A stretch of 64,000 nt of DNA, from contig CAZJOV010000001.1 of assembly GCA_964547735.1 (NCBI GenBank), positions 5,789 to 69,788 on the forward strand. The letters are read 5' to 3'. Below the pieces are notes generated by a model, which ran no database searches, was not told the origin of the DNA, and worked only from the letters and a program-made list of their open reading frames with translations. The position numbers and the translations under genes were made by a program. Positions 46,351 through 55,113 of the stretch are shown here, piece after piece (position 1 is the stretch's first letter; each line of letters begins with the position of its first letter). Origin of the DNA: an uncultured Planctomycetia bacterium (GTDB lineage: Bacteria > Omnitrophota > Gorgyraeia > Duberdicusellales > 4484-171).

Positions 46351-47600
46351 CTCTTCTTCCTAAGAACCCTTGCAGGAACTCCCACTACAATTGTATTGCT
46401 CTTCACATTTTTGGTAACTACTGCCCCTGCTCCGGTTAAAGCTTTTTTCCCTATCTTTAAAGGAGCGACCAAAATTGTATCTGAACCAATAAAAGCTTCT
46501 TTTCCAATATAAGTTTTATTCTTTCTCTCCCCATCATAATTAGCGGTAACTGTTCCTGCACCGATATTTACTTTCTTCTCCAAGTATGCATCTCCCAGGT
46601 AACTGAAATGTTTAACTTTACTCTCTTCTCCTATATAAGAACGATTAATCTCTGCAAAATTACCAATTTGGGCTCCTTTTTTAATTATTGTATTCTCTCT
46701 TATATGAGCAAAGGGTCCAACTACACAATTGTCGCCAATTATAACATTTTTTTCAATAAAGGTAAAGGGGTAAATTATTGAATTCTTTCCAATTTTTGCA
46801 TCGTAACTTAAAAAGGTAGTATCCGGGTCAATAATTTTTACACCTTTCTTTAATGCATTCTGAATAAATCTTTGATTAAGTATTTTATATACTTGAGAAA
46901 AATCCTCCAATGTATTTACTCCTAAAATTTCTCTATTATCTTTTAAAGAATAGGTAGAAATTTTTGCTCCTTTTTTATAAAGAATCTCTATTACCTGAGT
47001 CAAAAAATACTCCTTTTTTCTTTTATCCATATTTATCTGAGAAAGAGCTTCCTTAAGTACTCCTTTCTTAAAACAATAGATACCGCTGTTGACTTCTCTC
47101 GATTTTTTCCTTAAGTTAATTTTTTCTATAATTTTTTCAACCTTTCCTTCTCCGTCTCTTAAGACTCTCCCTAAATCATTTTCTTCCTCCAAAAAGGCAG
47201 TAATAAAAGAACAATCACTATCGTTTTTAAAATGAAGAGCTATAAGTTTTTTTAAAGAAAAGGCTTTTACCAAAGGCACGTCACCACATAGAATTAAAAC
47301 ACTTCCTCCTTTATTGCATTTACTTAAACCTATCTCTACTGCTTTGGCAGTTCCGTTCAATACCTTCTGTTCAGCAAATCTTAAAGAAGGATAATTTTTT
47401 CTTACTATCTTCTTTACCATCTCCTTCCTGAACCCTACCACAAAAACAACCTGGTTGATGACATTTTTCAAAGAAAAAATAGTATCTAAAAGATAAAAAA
47501 CCAGAGGCCTTCCCCCTAATTCCACAACTACTTTTGGTTGATTAAGCCCTAACCGCTTGCTTCTTCCTGCTCCCAGAATTATCACATCTACTTTTTTCAT
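46347..47600 (-). CDS. glmU: bifunctional UDP-N-acetylglucosamine pyrophosphorylase / glucosamine-1-phosphate N-acetyltransferase
   Basis: The N-terminal nucleotidyltransferase loop ILGAGRSKRL...PKV is followed by C-terminal LbH hexapeptide repeats. Length 417 aa. Confidence 0.85.
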   Translation of the reverse strand: MKKVDVIILGAGRSKRLGLNQPKVVVELGGRPLVFYLLDTIFSLKNVINQVVFVVGFRKEMVKKIVRKNYPSLRFAEQKVLNGTAKAVEIGLSKCNKGGSVLILCGDVPLVKAFSLKKLIALHFKNDSDCSFITAFLEEENDLGRVLRDGEGKVEKIIEKINLRKKSREVNSGIYCFKKGVLKEALSQINMDKRKKEYFLTQVIEILYKKGAKISTYSLKDNREILGVNTLEDFSQVYKILNQRFIQNALKKGVKIIDPDTTFLSYDAKIGKNSIIYPFTFIEKNVIIGDNCVVGPFAHIRENTIIKKGAQIGNFAEINRSYIGEESKVKHFSYLGDAYLEKKVNIGAGTVTANYDGERKNKTYIGKEAFIGSDTILVAPLKIGKKALTGAGAVVTKNVKSNTIVVGVPARVLRKKR

Positions 47601-47637
47601 AAAATAGCACTACTAAAAAATAAAAATATATCCATTC

Positions 47638-47707
47638 TGCCCGGCTAGGACTCGAACCTAGATACCCAGACCCAAATTCTGGTGTGTTACCAGCTACACC
47701 ACCGGGC
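47638..47707 (-). tRNA. tRNA-Gln (anticodon TTG)
   Basis: The reverse complement reads GCCCGGTGGTGTAGCTGGTAACACACCAGAATTTGGGTCTGGGTATCTAGGTTCGAGTCCTAGCCGGGCA. The acceptor is 7 bp with one G-U pair, the anticodon loop is ATTTGGG, and the T-loop is GGTTCGAGTCC. Confidence 0.85.
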
Positions 47708-47723
47708 AAAAGAGGAATTTCCT

Positions 47724-48125
47724 TTAGGAAGAGGAAGTTTTTATCTCGGAATCGCTTTTTTTAGTCTCTTTTTCCCGATAATAAGCATCTAAAATCTTGC
47801 TTTGCAAATAATCACGAAATTCTTGATTAATTGGATGAGCCAGATCTTGATGAATTATTCCTCGGTTAGCTAAATCCTTGGGTGGAGAAGGAAGTTGCAC
47901 CCCACACCAGTTGCAGTACTTTGAGCCTATATCAACTTTTTTCCCACAACGCGCACAGAACTGTTTCATCTTTCTTGCCGGCATAGCCACAAAAAGACCC
48001 TGGTTCCCCTCTACTACTTTGATGTTTCTTACAACAAACGAGTTGTCAAAAGTTACGGTAGCATAAGCCTTGAGCCTTTTTGACTCTTGAGGACGTAACG
48101 AAATTCTTACCTCTGTAATCTCCAT
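47724..48125 (-). CDS. spoVG: SpoVG-family nucleic-acid-binding protein with a ~40-aa C4 zinc-ribbon insertion
   Basis: The core MEITEVRI.L......LKAYATVTFDN.FVV..IKVV.G..GLFVAMP and the later AHPIN.E.R..L reproduce the SpoVG fold signature. Between them lies the insertion KMKQFCARCGKKVDIGSKYCNWCGVQLPSPPKDL. I chose the start at the second Met (SpoVG proteins begin ME[IV]T[DE]VR). Confidence 0.75.
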   Translation of the reverse strand: MEITEVRISLRPQESKRLKAYATVTFDNSFVVRNIKVVEGNQGLFVAMPARKMKQFCARCGKKVDIGSKYCNWCGVQLPSPPKDLANRGIIHQDLAHPINQEFRDYLQSKILDAYYREKETKKSDSEIKTSSS

Positions 48126-48141
48126 ACATCTACCTCCTTTG

Positions 48142-49017
48142 TTAGAAAACTCTCGCCTCAAAGATTAACCAATTCTTAAAAAATTCTCTCAGGTTTAGGC
48201 CTTCTTTCTCTCTCAGTATAAAAAAAGAACTTCCACTTCCTGTCATAACAAACCCTAACTTTTTTAACAACTCTTTCTTCTTCTTTAACTTAGGATATAT
48301 TTTAAATGCTACTTCCTCTAAAATATTAAACAAACCCTCTTTTAAAAGAACATTATCTTCATTTTTTAACGCATAGAAAATTATATTAACATTACTAAAC
48401 GATTTTGTCAATTTTCCTTTTACTTCTAGATTATTGAAAACCAAAGCTGTAGAACTCCTGAAATTAGGATACACAATAAAAAATTTTAAAGAAGGATGGA
48501 ATCTCCAACAACTGACTTTTTCTCCTCTTCCTCTTACCAAAGCTAGGGGGGCACCAGCCAAAAAAAAGTTTACATCACTACCTAATTCTTTTCCCAGATT
48601 AAATAACTCTTTTTTTGACAGTCTCAGTTTCAAAATTTCATTTATCCCCAAAAGAGTAAAAGCCGCATTTGAGGAAGCTCCGCCTAAACCCGCACCCTGA
48701 GGAATTCTTTTATTAAGAATCAAGAGGAAATTCTCTTTTATTCTTAGTCTTTTCTTTAAGAGAAATGCTGCTTTAAGAGAAAGATTTCTATCGTTCTCTA
48801 AAGACTTGTCATTACAGACGATCTTCGTTTTTTTATCTTTTCTTATAGTTAACTCATCACATAGAGTAATCCTTGCCATTATACTCTCTACCCGGTGAAA
48901 TCCACCAGAATATTTTCCTATCACATTAAGATAAAGATTAAGCTTGGCGGGCGAGAGGAGACTAATCTCGTAAGAGTTTCTCCACCGTATTAACGATATC
49001 CCCTGTGGAAAGTCCAT
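48142..49017 (-). CDS. ispE: 4-diphosphocytidyl-2-C-methyl-D-erythritol kinase
   Basis: SPAKLNLYL.V.G....G.H...S and the GHMP-kinase glycine-rich loop PQGAGLGGASSNAA. The ATG at 49017 overlaps the transketolase C-terminal gene by 56 nt. The true start may lie downstream at a non-ATG codon. Confidence 0.8.
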   Translation of the reverse strand: MDFPQGISLIRWRNSYEISLLSPAKLNLYLNVIGKYSGGFHRVESIMARITLCDELTIRKDKKTKIVCNDKSLENDRNLSLKAAFLLKKRLRIKENFLLILNKRIPQGAGLGGASSNAAFTLLGINEILKLRLSKKELFNLGKELGSDVNFFLAGAPLALVRGRGEKVSCWRFHPSLKFFIVYPNFRSSTALVFNNLEVKGKLTKSFSNVNIIFYALKNEDNVLLKEGLFNILEEVAFKIYPKLKKKKELLKKLGFVMTGSGSSFFILREKEGLNLREFFKNWLIFEARVF

Positions 49018-49900
49018 ACTCTTTTAATAACTCTTGAGAAGGTCCTGACTGTCCAAACCTATCTTTAACCGCAATACTTACAACCCTTGCCGGATAATTT
49101 TCAGCAAGAAGTTCACACACTGCAGAAAAAAGCCCCCCTATCATCTGATGTTCTTCACAAACAAGAAGAAATTTATATCTTTGAGCTAAATCAATTATTA
49201 ACTCTTTATCTAATGGCTTTATGGTATGAATATTAACTACCGTTACTTTTATTCCTTTCTCTTCCAAAATCTTTGCCGCCTCTAGGGAAAAATAAACCAT
49301 TATTCCACAGGCAAGAATAGCAATTTCCTCTCCTTCTTTAAGAATATATCCTTTACCAAAAACAAATTCTTTTTTTTCTTTAACGGTAGAAACTTTTGCT
49401 CTTCCTAAACGAATATAAAAAGGACCCGGAATTCTATATGCAGATAATACTGCGGATTTAGTCTCATAAGCATCACAGGGAACAATTATCTTCATATTAG
49501 GAATACAACGTAAAAATCCAATATCCTCTAATGCCTGATGAGAGGCACCATCTTCTCCTACCGTTATTCCTCCATGAGTAGCTACAATTTTTACATTAAA
49601 ATCGTTATAACAGATAGTATTCCTTATCTGGTCCAATGCTCTTGCCGTGGCAAACATAGCGAAAGTGGAAACAAATGCTATCTTTCCACAACTGGCTAAA
49701 CCGGCAGCAACCGCAAACATATTCTGTTCCGCTACCCCAAAATTGAAAAATCTTTCTGGAAAAACTTTACCGAATTTTGCAGTACGTGTTGAGGAAGATA
49801 AATCCGCATCTAAAACTACTACATTGGGATCTTTTCCCCCTAATTCTACCAACGTCTCTCCATAAATATCGCGAGCATAAATATACTCAGAATTATTCAT
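48962..49900 (-). CDS. transketolase, C-terminal subunit (pyrimidine-binding and C-terminal domains)
   Basis: RDIYGETLVELG..DP.VVVLDADL..ST....F...FP.RFFN.GVAEQNM...AAGLA is the split-transketolase B subunit. I trimmed the start to MNNSEY.., which overlaps the A subunit stop by 8 nt. Confidence 0.85.
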   Translation of the reverse strand: MNNSEYIYARDIYGETLVELGGKDPNVVVLDADLSSSTRTAKFGKVFPERFFNFGVAEQNMFAVAAGLASCGKIAFVSTFAMFATARALDQIRNTICYNDFNVKIVATHGGITVGEDGASHQALEDIGFLRCIPNMKIIVPCDAYETKSAVLSAYRIPGPFYIRLGRAKVSTVKEKKEFVFGKGYILKEGEEIAILACGIMVYFSLEAAKILEEKGIKVTVVNIHTIKPLDKELIIDLAQRYKFLLVCEEHQMIGGLFSAVCELLAENYPARVVSIAVKDRFGQSGPSQELLKEYGLSTGDIVNTVEKLLRD

Positions 49901-50738
49901 CTGCTTCCTCCAAAAATTTTTCAATTCTTTCCAACTCCTCCAAAGCAATTTTTGTCTCTTTCTCATTAGGAGCTCTTCCATGAAAATCAACAACATGTTC
50001 CATAAAAGAGACCCCTTTCCCCTTAACAGTGTGAGCAATAATCACGGTGGGTTTCTCCTTTACTGAGCTTGCTTCAGAAAAAGCATCCAAAAGCTCTTCA
50101 ATACTATGTCCATCACATTGAATTGCGTGCCAACCAAAAGCCTTCCATTTATCCACCAAAGGTTCTAAATTCATTATATCCTCCACCCTTCCGTCAATCT
50201 GGAAACGATTGTAGTCTACTATTCCACACAGGTTATCCAACTTAAAATGAGCCGCTGACATAGCTGCTTCCCAGATATTTCCTTCCTGTATCTCACCATC
50301 TCCCATAAGGCAGTATACACGATAATCTTTTTTATCTAAACGTGCGGCTAAAGCCATCCCTATCGCTACACTCAAACCTTGTCCTAAAGAGCCACTGGCT
50401 ACATCTACTCCAGGAGTGCATCGATCAGGATGTCCTTGCAGAATAGAACCTAATTTTCTTAAATTCCACAATTCTGATTCAGAAAAATAACCACATAAAG
50501 CTAAAGCAGCATATAAAGCAGGACAGGTATGCCCTTTGGAAAGATGAAAACGGTCCCTATCTGGCCAAGTAGGGTTTTTGGGATTATGACGCATTATTTC
50601 AAAAAAAAGACAGGTAATAATCTCTACACTGGATAACGATCCTCCCGGATGTCCACTTCCTGCTAAAGAAATCATTTCAATAATTAACTTTCTTATCTTA
50701 TTTGCCTTTTTTCTTAATTCCTTTAATCTTTTCTTCAT
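49893..50738 (-). CDS. transketolase, N-terminal subunit (TPP-binding PP domain)
   Basis: IR..II.M...AGSGHPGGSLS..EI...L.F..M..NP.NP.W.DRDRF.LSKGH and the GDGE..EG TPP motif (LMGDGEIQEG). Confidence 0.88.
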   Translation of the reverse strand: MKKRLKELRKKANKIRKLIIEMISLAGSGHPGGSLSSVEIITCLFFEIMRHNPKNPTWPDRDRFHLSKGHTCPALYAALALCGYFSESELWNLRKLGSILQGHPDRCTPGVDVASGSLGQGLSVAIGMALAARLDKKDYRVYCLMGDGEIQEGNIWEAAMSAAHFKLDNLCGIVDYNRFQIDGRVEDIMNLEPLVDKWKAFGWHAIQCDGHSIEELLDAFSEASSVKEKPTVIIAHTVKGKGVSFMEHVVDFHGRAPNEKETKIALEELERIEKFLEEADE

Positions 50739-51669
50739 TTTTTTCTATCTTCTCCTTTAATCGTTTCTGAGAAGAAGGTCTCAGAGAAGAAATTCCCAAT
50801 CCTTTTTTATAGAAATCTACAGCTTCCTCCCATCTCTTCAAAACTACATAAAGATCCCCCAAGTGTTCATAAATTACCGGATCCTCTATGATTTTGGCTG
50901 CTTTAAGAAGATATTCCTCTGCTTTTTTATACTTCTTTTTTTTAAAATATACCCATCCCAGACTATCTAAGTAAGCACCATTTTGAGGGTCTTTTTCTAA
51001 TGCTCTCTTTATCAATCCTTCTGCCTCATCTAATTTTATCCCTTCTTCAGCATAAATATATCCTAAGGAGTTTAAAGTATCTGCATGGTTGGGGTCTAAC
51101 TTCAGGGTCTTTTTCCACATCTTTATCGCTTTCTTTCTCTCTCCTATCTCCTCATATAGATATCCCAACCAATAATAACCTTCCGGATAATCTGGTTTCT
51201 GATTTATAATTGTCTTATATATTTTTATTGCCTGCCGGGGCATCTTTTTATAAAAATAAAATTGTCCCAAATACTCAGAGATTCTGATGTTCTGGGGTTG
51301 AGCTCTATGGGCTTTTTCCAAAAAATACTGATATTCTTCTTCCAACTTTTTCTGTTCTTTAGTAGCGGCATAAAAAAGCATTAAGGTAGCAGAGATATCT
51401 AAATTGTCGGGATCTAACTCCTTTGCTTTCTTAAACTCTTTCTCTGCCTCGGGAAATTTTTTAAGATGAAAAAGGATAAGCCCTAATCTGAGATGGAGGT
51501 AGCTTGAGGAAGAATCCAGCCTTTCTACTTTCTTAAGTTCTTTATAAGCATTCTCAAAATCTTTCTTTTGAAGATAGAAAAAGGCTCTTAGATAATCTCC
51601 TACAATATTTGTAGCCTCTAAAGATGTGCTCCATAAGAAGAAAAAAAGAAATATTAATACCCTTCTCAT
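50698..51669 (-). CDS. tetratricopeptide-repeat (TPR) protein with signal peptide
   Basis: The N-terminal hydrophobic signal is followed by at least 7 recognisable 34-residue TPR units (W..LG..Y...G.Y..A...Y..AL.L.P.N). Confidence 0.7.
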   Translation of the reverse strand: MRRVLIFLFFFLWSTSLEATNIVGDYLRAFFYLQKKDFENAYKELKKVERLDSSSSYLHLRLGLILFHLKKFPEAEKEFKKAKELDPDNLDISATLMLFYAATKEQKKLEEEYQYFLEKAHRAQPQNIRISEYLGQFYFYKKMPRQAIKIYKTIINQKPDYPEGYYWLGYLYEEIGERKKAIKMWKKTLKLDPNHADTLNSLGYIYAEEGIKLDEAEGLIKRALEKDPQNGAYLDSLGWVYFKKKKYKKAEEYLLKAAKIIEDPVIYEHLGDLYVVLKRWEEAVDFYKKGLGISSLRPSSQKRLKEKIEKNEEKIKGIKKKGK

Positions 51670-51776
51670 TAACCCTACTTTTTCTTATGTCTCTGCATCT
51701 TTCTTCTTTTTTTGTACCAATGACGCTTAACTTTTTTTAATTTTCTTTTTCTCCCACAAGGCATATTCTCCTCCCT

Positions 51777-52655
51777 TCAGTATATTAATTTATTGAGAGG
51801 ATATTCAATTATATCACATGCTCCTGCTTCTTTCAGCTTGGGAATTAACTCCTTGACTTTTTCCTCATCAATTACTACCTCACAAGCTACCCAATTTTCT
51901 ATCGCTAAATTAGAAATTGTGGGGTTTTTGAGAGCAGGAAGAATTTTTAATATCTTCCTCAAATTTCTCTTCTCTACATTAAGTTTCAATCCCACTTTAT
52001 TTTTTGCTTCTAATGCTCCTTTAAGAAGCATTAAAACGCTCTCCATTTTTTTTCTTTTCTCTTTATCTTTATAAGAGAATTTGTTAGCAATGAATTTTGT
52101 CGTAGAAACACAAACGCAGGCAATCTCTCTCAATCTATTAGCTTTAAGGGAAGCGCCTGTCTCTGTTAACTCAACAATAGCATCAACAAGGCCTGATTTT
52201 ACCTTTGCTTCTGTTGCCCCCCAACTGAATTCTACCTCTACCTTAATCTTTCTCTTCTTGAAAAATTTACGCGTAAAGTTAACCAGTTCTGTGGCAATTC
52301 TTTTCCCTTCCAATTGGGCAAGATTTCTTATAGAAGAATCTTCCCTTACCGCTACTACCCAACGCACAGGTTGCGTAGTTTTTTTTGCATAAAGAAGCTC
52401 GCCTATTGTGACTACCTTTGCCTCATTCTCCAATATCCAATCCTCACCGGTAATTCCACAATCCAATACTCCCTCCTCCACATAACGGGGAATCTCCTGG
52501 GGTCGCAAAAGTACCGGTTTAATCTGGGGATCATCGATAGAGGGGAAATAAGACCGTCCCTCTTTAAAGATTTTAAATCCCGCCATACGAAAAAGTTCAA
52601 AAGTAAATTGCTCCAAGCTTCCCTTAGGTAATCCCAAAGTTATTTTTTTTATCAT
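51777..52655 (-). CDS. hisG: ATP phosphoribosyltransferase, long form with C-terminal regulatory domain
   Basis: N-terminal ITLGLPKGSL.E.T..L...AG. PRPP-binding region and a C-terminal ~80-aa HisG_C domain. I trimmed the start to MIKKITLGLPKG. Confidence 0.85.
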   Translation of the reverse strand: MIKKITLGLPKGSLEQFTFELFRMAGFKIFKEGRSYFPSIDDPQIKPVLLRPQEIPRYVEEGVLDCGITGEDWILENEAKVVTIGELLYAKKTTQPVRWVVAVREDSSIRNLAQLEGKRIATELVNFTRKFFKKRKIKVEVEFSWGATEAKVKSGLVDAIVELTETGASLKANRLREIACVCVSTTKFIANKFSYKDKEKRKKMESVLMLLKGALEAKNKVGLKLNVEKRNLRKILKILPALKNPTISNLAIENWVACEVVIDEEKVKELIPKLKEAGACDIIEYPLNKLIY

Positions 52656-52734
52656 CATAAGGAGTAAATTATACAATCGCTATCTTCCTCTGTAAAGAAA
52701 AAATTGTTTATGGAGAAATCTAAAAGAATAATTT

Positions 52735-53094
52735 TCAATCGCTAAAAAAAATAGAGATGAATTCTTTTAAAAATTCTCCTCCCGCCTTAACACTACCAAC
52801 TACCCCCTCTACTATAGCTTTAGCCTCCTCGCCAAATGCACGCCAGATAGCAAAAAGTTTATAGCGAAGAAGCCCTCTTTTATGAGGCTTTTCTCTACCC
52901 CATACTTCATACTGATAAGCATCTTTTATGTTTTTTGGGCCCTTAATAAAAGCTCCGTAAAGAGGAGATGTGCTTGCCTCAACTAATCTTTTTCCCATAT
53001 TTATTAGATGGTGCCTTGCTGAATAGGGATAGGCGGACAAAAAATAGGCGGTTAAAATAATTAATACTGTTATCAATTTAATTATTCTTCTCAT
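52735..53094 (-). CDS. hypothetical small exported/membrane-anchored protein
   Basis: 119 aa. The N-terminal hydrophobic helix IIKLITVLIILTAYFLSAY is followed by a basic, aromatic-rich domain. It ends 4 nt upstream of the phosphatase gene. Confidence 0.4.
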   Translation of the reverse strand: MRRIIKLITVLIILTAYFLSAYPYSARHHLINMGKRLVEASTSPLYGAFIKGPKNIKDAYQYEVWGREKPHKRGLLRYKLFAIWRAFGEEAKAIVEGVVGSVKAGGEFLKEFISIFFSD

Positions 53095-53097
53095 GAT

Positions 53098-53637
53098 TTA
53101 TTTTGAAATTTCAAAATACTCTTTTTTATCTTTCAGCTGAAGGATAAATTTTTTAAGAGCCTCCTCTCCTCTATAAGGCCAAAAACCATATTTTTTTGCC
53201 TCCTTATAAGCCTGTTTTGGCGTCCATCCACATACAACAACTCTATATAGGGCAACAAAAGCACCAACTCTATCTCTTCCACTTTCGCAATGAAGAAATA
53301 CAGGCTGATTGTCTTTATCCAAAACTATCTTTAAAAATTTAAAGACTTGCTCATCAGTAGGTTTTTTATAAACACTTAAGGGAATGTTAAAAAAGCGCAT
53401 ACCTAAGCTTGTAACCAACCTTTTTTCTTCAATGATTTTATCTTCCCCTCTTAAACTGATAACTGTTTTTACCCCCAAAGACTTCAACCTTTCTATACCT
53501 TCTTTATTAGGCTGACCGCCTCTGTAAAGAATATCATCTACTTGATGGAAATTAGGAATATCTAAAAAGGGGTCTCTGAAATAACTTAAATAAACACATC
53601 CACAAAGAAGAAATAAAATTAAAAATAACTTTCTCAT
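53098..53637 (-). CDS. protein-tyrosine/dual-specificity phosphatase-fold lipoprotein (CX5R active site)
   Basis: Signal peptide with the lipobox-like LLCGC. The P-loop VFLHCESGRDRVG (HCxxGxxR) of the PTP/DSP superfamily sits about 30 residues from the C-terminus. Confidence 0.7.
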   Translation of the reverse strand: MRKLFLILFLLCGCVYLSYFRDPFLDIPNFHQVDDILYRGGQPNKEGIERLKSLGVKTVISLRGEDKIIEEKRLVTSLGMRFFNIPLSVYKKPTDEQVFKFLKIVLDKDNQPVFLHCESGRDRVGAFVALYRVVVCGWTPKQAYKEAKKYGFWPYRGEEALKKFILQLKDKKEYFEISK

Positions 53638-53682
53638 TTAATTTAAGATTTTAATTTAGAGAAAATAGCAATCATTCTTTCT

Positions 53683-54624
53683 TCAATCTTTTTGGACTTT
53701 AAATTTTGAACGCAAAATACTCTCAGAGGGACGAGACTTCCAGCGGCGATGATTCCAGCTCCAAAGAGTAGGGTTTTCTCTAATCCAGGATTCAATTATC
53801 TGAGTGAACTTAGCTGTATTTTTAAGAATTGTTTCTCCTTGAGAAGAAAAATAGTCTAAAGGCTGCTCAGGAAAAAATTTAATCAAATGTCTATCCTCTT
53901 CTTTCTTTATATAACCGGGAACAATTGCTGCTTTGGCTCTTAAAGCAAAAACAATTGGGCCGGTAGGAGTTGCCGCTAATCTATTAAAGAATTTCACCCA
54001 TACACCCCCTGTGCCAAAATTTTGGTCCATCTGAATCATTACAATCTCATTAGCTCTTAAAGCACGCAAAATACTCTCCACACACGCTTGGCGAGGATAG
54101 GAAAGAATTGTCTTAACACCTGCTTTATTCCTTAAATGATTCACAAAGATATCTATTTTCTCATCCCGCATCGGTCGGGCAACAACATTGATTTTATAAC
54201 CCTTTCTTGCTAAGAATAAACTTATTAAAGGAAAGTTTCCCAAATGAGCCGTTAAAAGAATCACTCCTTTATTTTTATTTAAAGCTCTCTTTAAAAAATT
54301 CTCTCCTTCAACTTCTATCTTCCCCTCCAAAAGATGAGGTCTTTTTAAAAAATAGATAAGCTCTAAAAAACTGTGGGTCATAAAGATAAAAAATTTTTTT
54401 GCAATCTCTTTTCTTTTTTTAAAAGAAATTTCAGGAAAAGCAACACTTAAAGAATCTAAAGCCACTTTTTTATGAGGGGAAATAAGTTGATAAGAAAGCC
54501 TTCCCAAAAAAGTTCCTATTTTATGTAATAAAGAAAGAGGAAATTTATCGGCAAAAAAGAAAAAAATCCTGAAAAAAATCCAGGAGAGTTCTTTTCTTAA
54601 AAATTTTCTCTTTTTTTTCTCCAT
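53683..54624 (-). CDS. lipid A biosynthesis late acyltransferase (LpxL/HtrB/MsbB family)
   Basis: N-terminal TM helix, and the HLGN (H-x4-D-type acyltransferase) motif in LLTAHLGNFPL. Family length 313 aa. It lies in an operon with lnt. Confidence 0.7.
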   Translation of the reverse strand: MEKKKRKFLRKELSWIFFRIFFFFADKFPLSLLHKIGTFLGRLSYQLISPHKKVALDSLSVAFPEISFKKRKEIAKKFFIFMTHSFLELIYFLKRPHLLEGKIEVEGENFLKRALNKNKGVILLTAHLGNFPLISLFLARKGYKINVVARPMRDEKIDIFVNHLRNKAGVKTILSYPRQACVESILRALRANEIVMIQMDQNFGTGGVWVKFFNRLAATPTGPIVFALRAKAAIVPGYIKKEEDRHLIKFFPEQPLDYFSSQGETILKNTAKFTQIIESWIRENPTLWSWNHRRWKSRPSESILRSKFKVQKD

Positions 54625-55113
54625 TTATCTTTTATATCCAATTTTCCTTAAAAATTCTTTTCTTTCCTTAATGTCTTCATCCCTTTCCACCCCTTGAGGT
54701 TTTATCCCATCAACTACTCCCAGAAACGCTCTCCCTTCAGATAAGGAAGCAACAATAACCCGTAGAGGATTTGCTGTAGCACAAAAAACTGTGCAAACTT
54801 CAGATATTTTTTTTATACGATTTAACACATTTACAGGATAAGCACCTTTTAGAACAACTACGAACATATGTCCACAACCAATCTTTAAAGCATTTTTTAA
54901 AGCAACTTCTTTTAACCCCTCATCATTTCCCTCAACCCTTACCAGAGCTTTTCCTGAAGATTCGCAGAAAGCAATACCAAATTTTATTGTGGGTGAAGCC
55001 TCAGCTAATGTTTCATATAAATCTTCTACTGTTTTTATAAAGTGAGCCTGCCCTAAAATAATGTTTAAATCTTGAGGCTTCTCCACCTCTACTACTTCTA
55101 AATTTACCTGCAT
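54625..55113 (-). CDS. small conserved protein, possibly of the 'adenosine-specific kinase' (PF04008-like) family. The assignment is uncertain.
   Basis: A 162-aa soluble protein. I recall a similar size and G-rich pattern for that family, but I cannot verify this without an HMM search. Confidence 0.3.
   Translation of the reverse strand: MQVNLEVVEVEKPQDLNIILGQAHFIKTVEDLYETLAEASPTIKFGIAFCESSGKALVRVEGNDEGLKEVALKNALKIGCGHMFVVVLKGAYPVNVLNRIKKISEVCTVFCATANPLRVIVASLSEGRAFLGVVDGIKPQGVERDEDIKERKEFLRKIGYKR

Noticed and set aside
52081-52631. two plus-strand ORFs (103 and 105 aa)
   Set aside because: Both are antisense inside hisG and are low-complexity.
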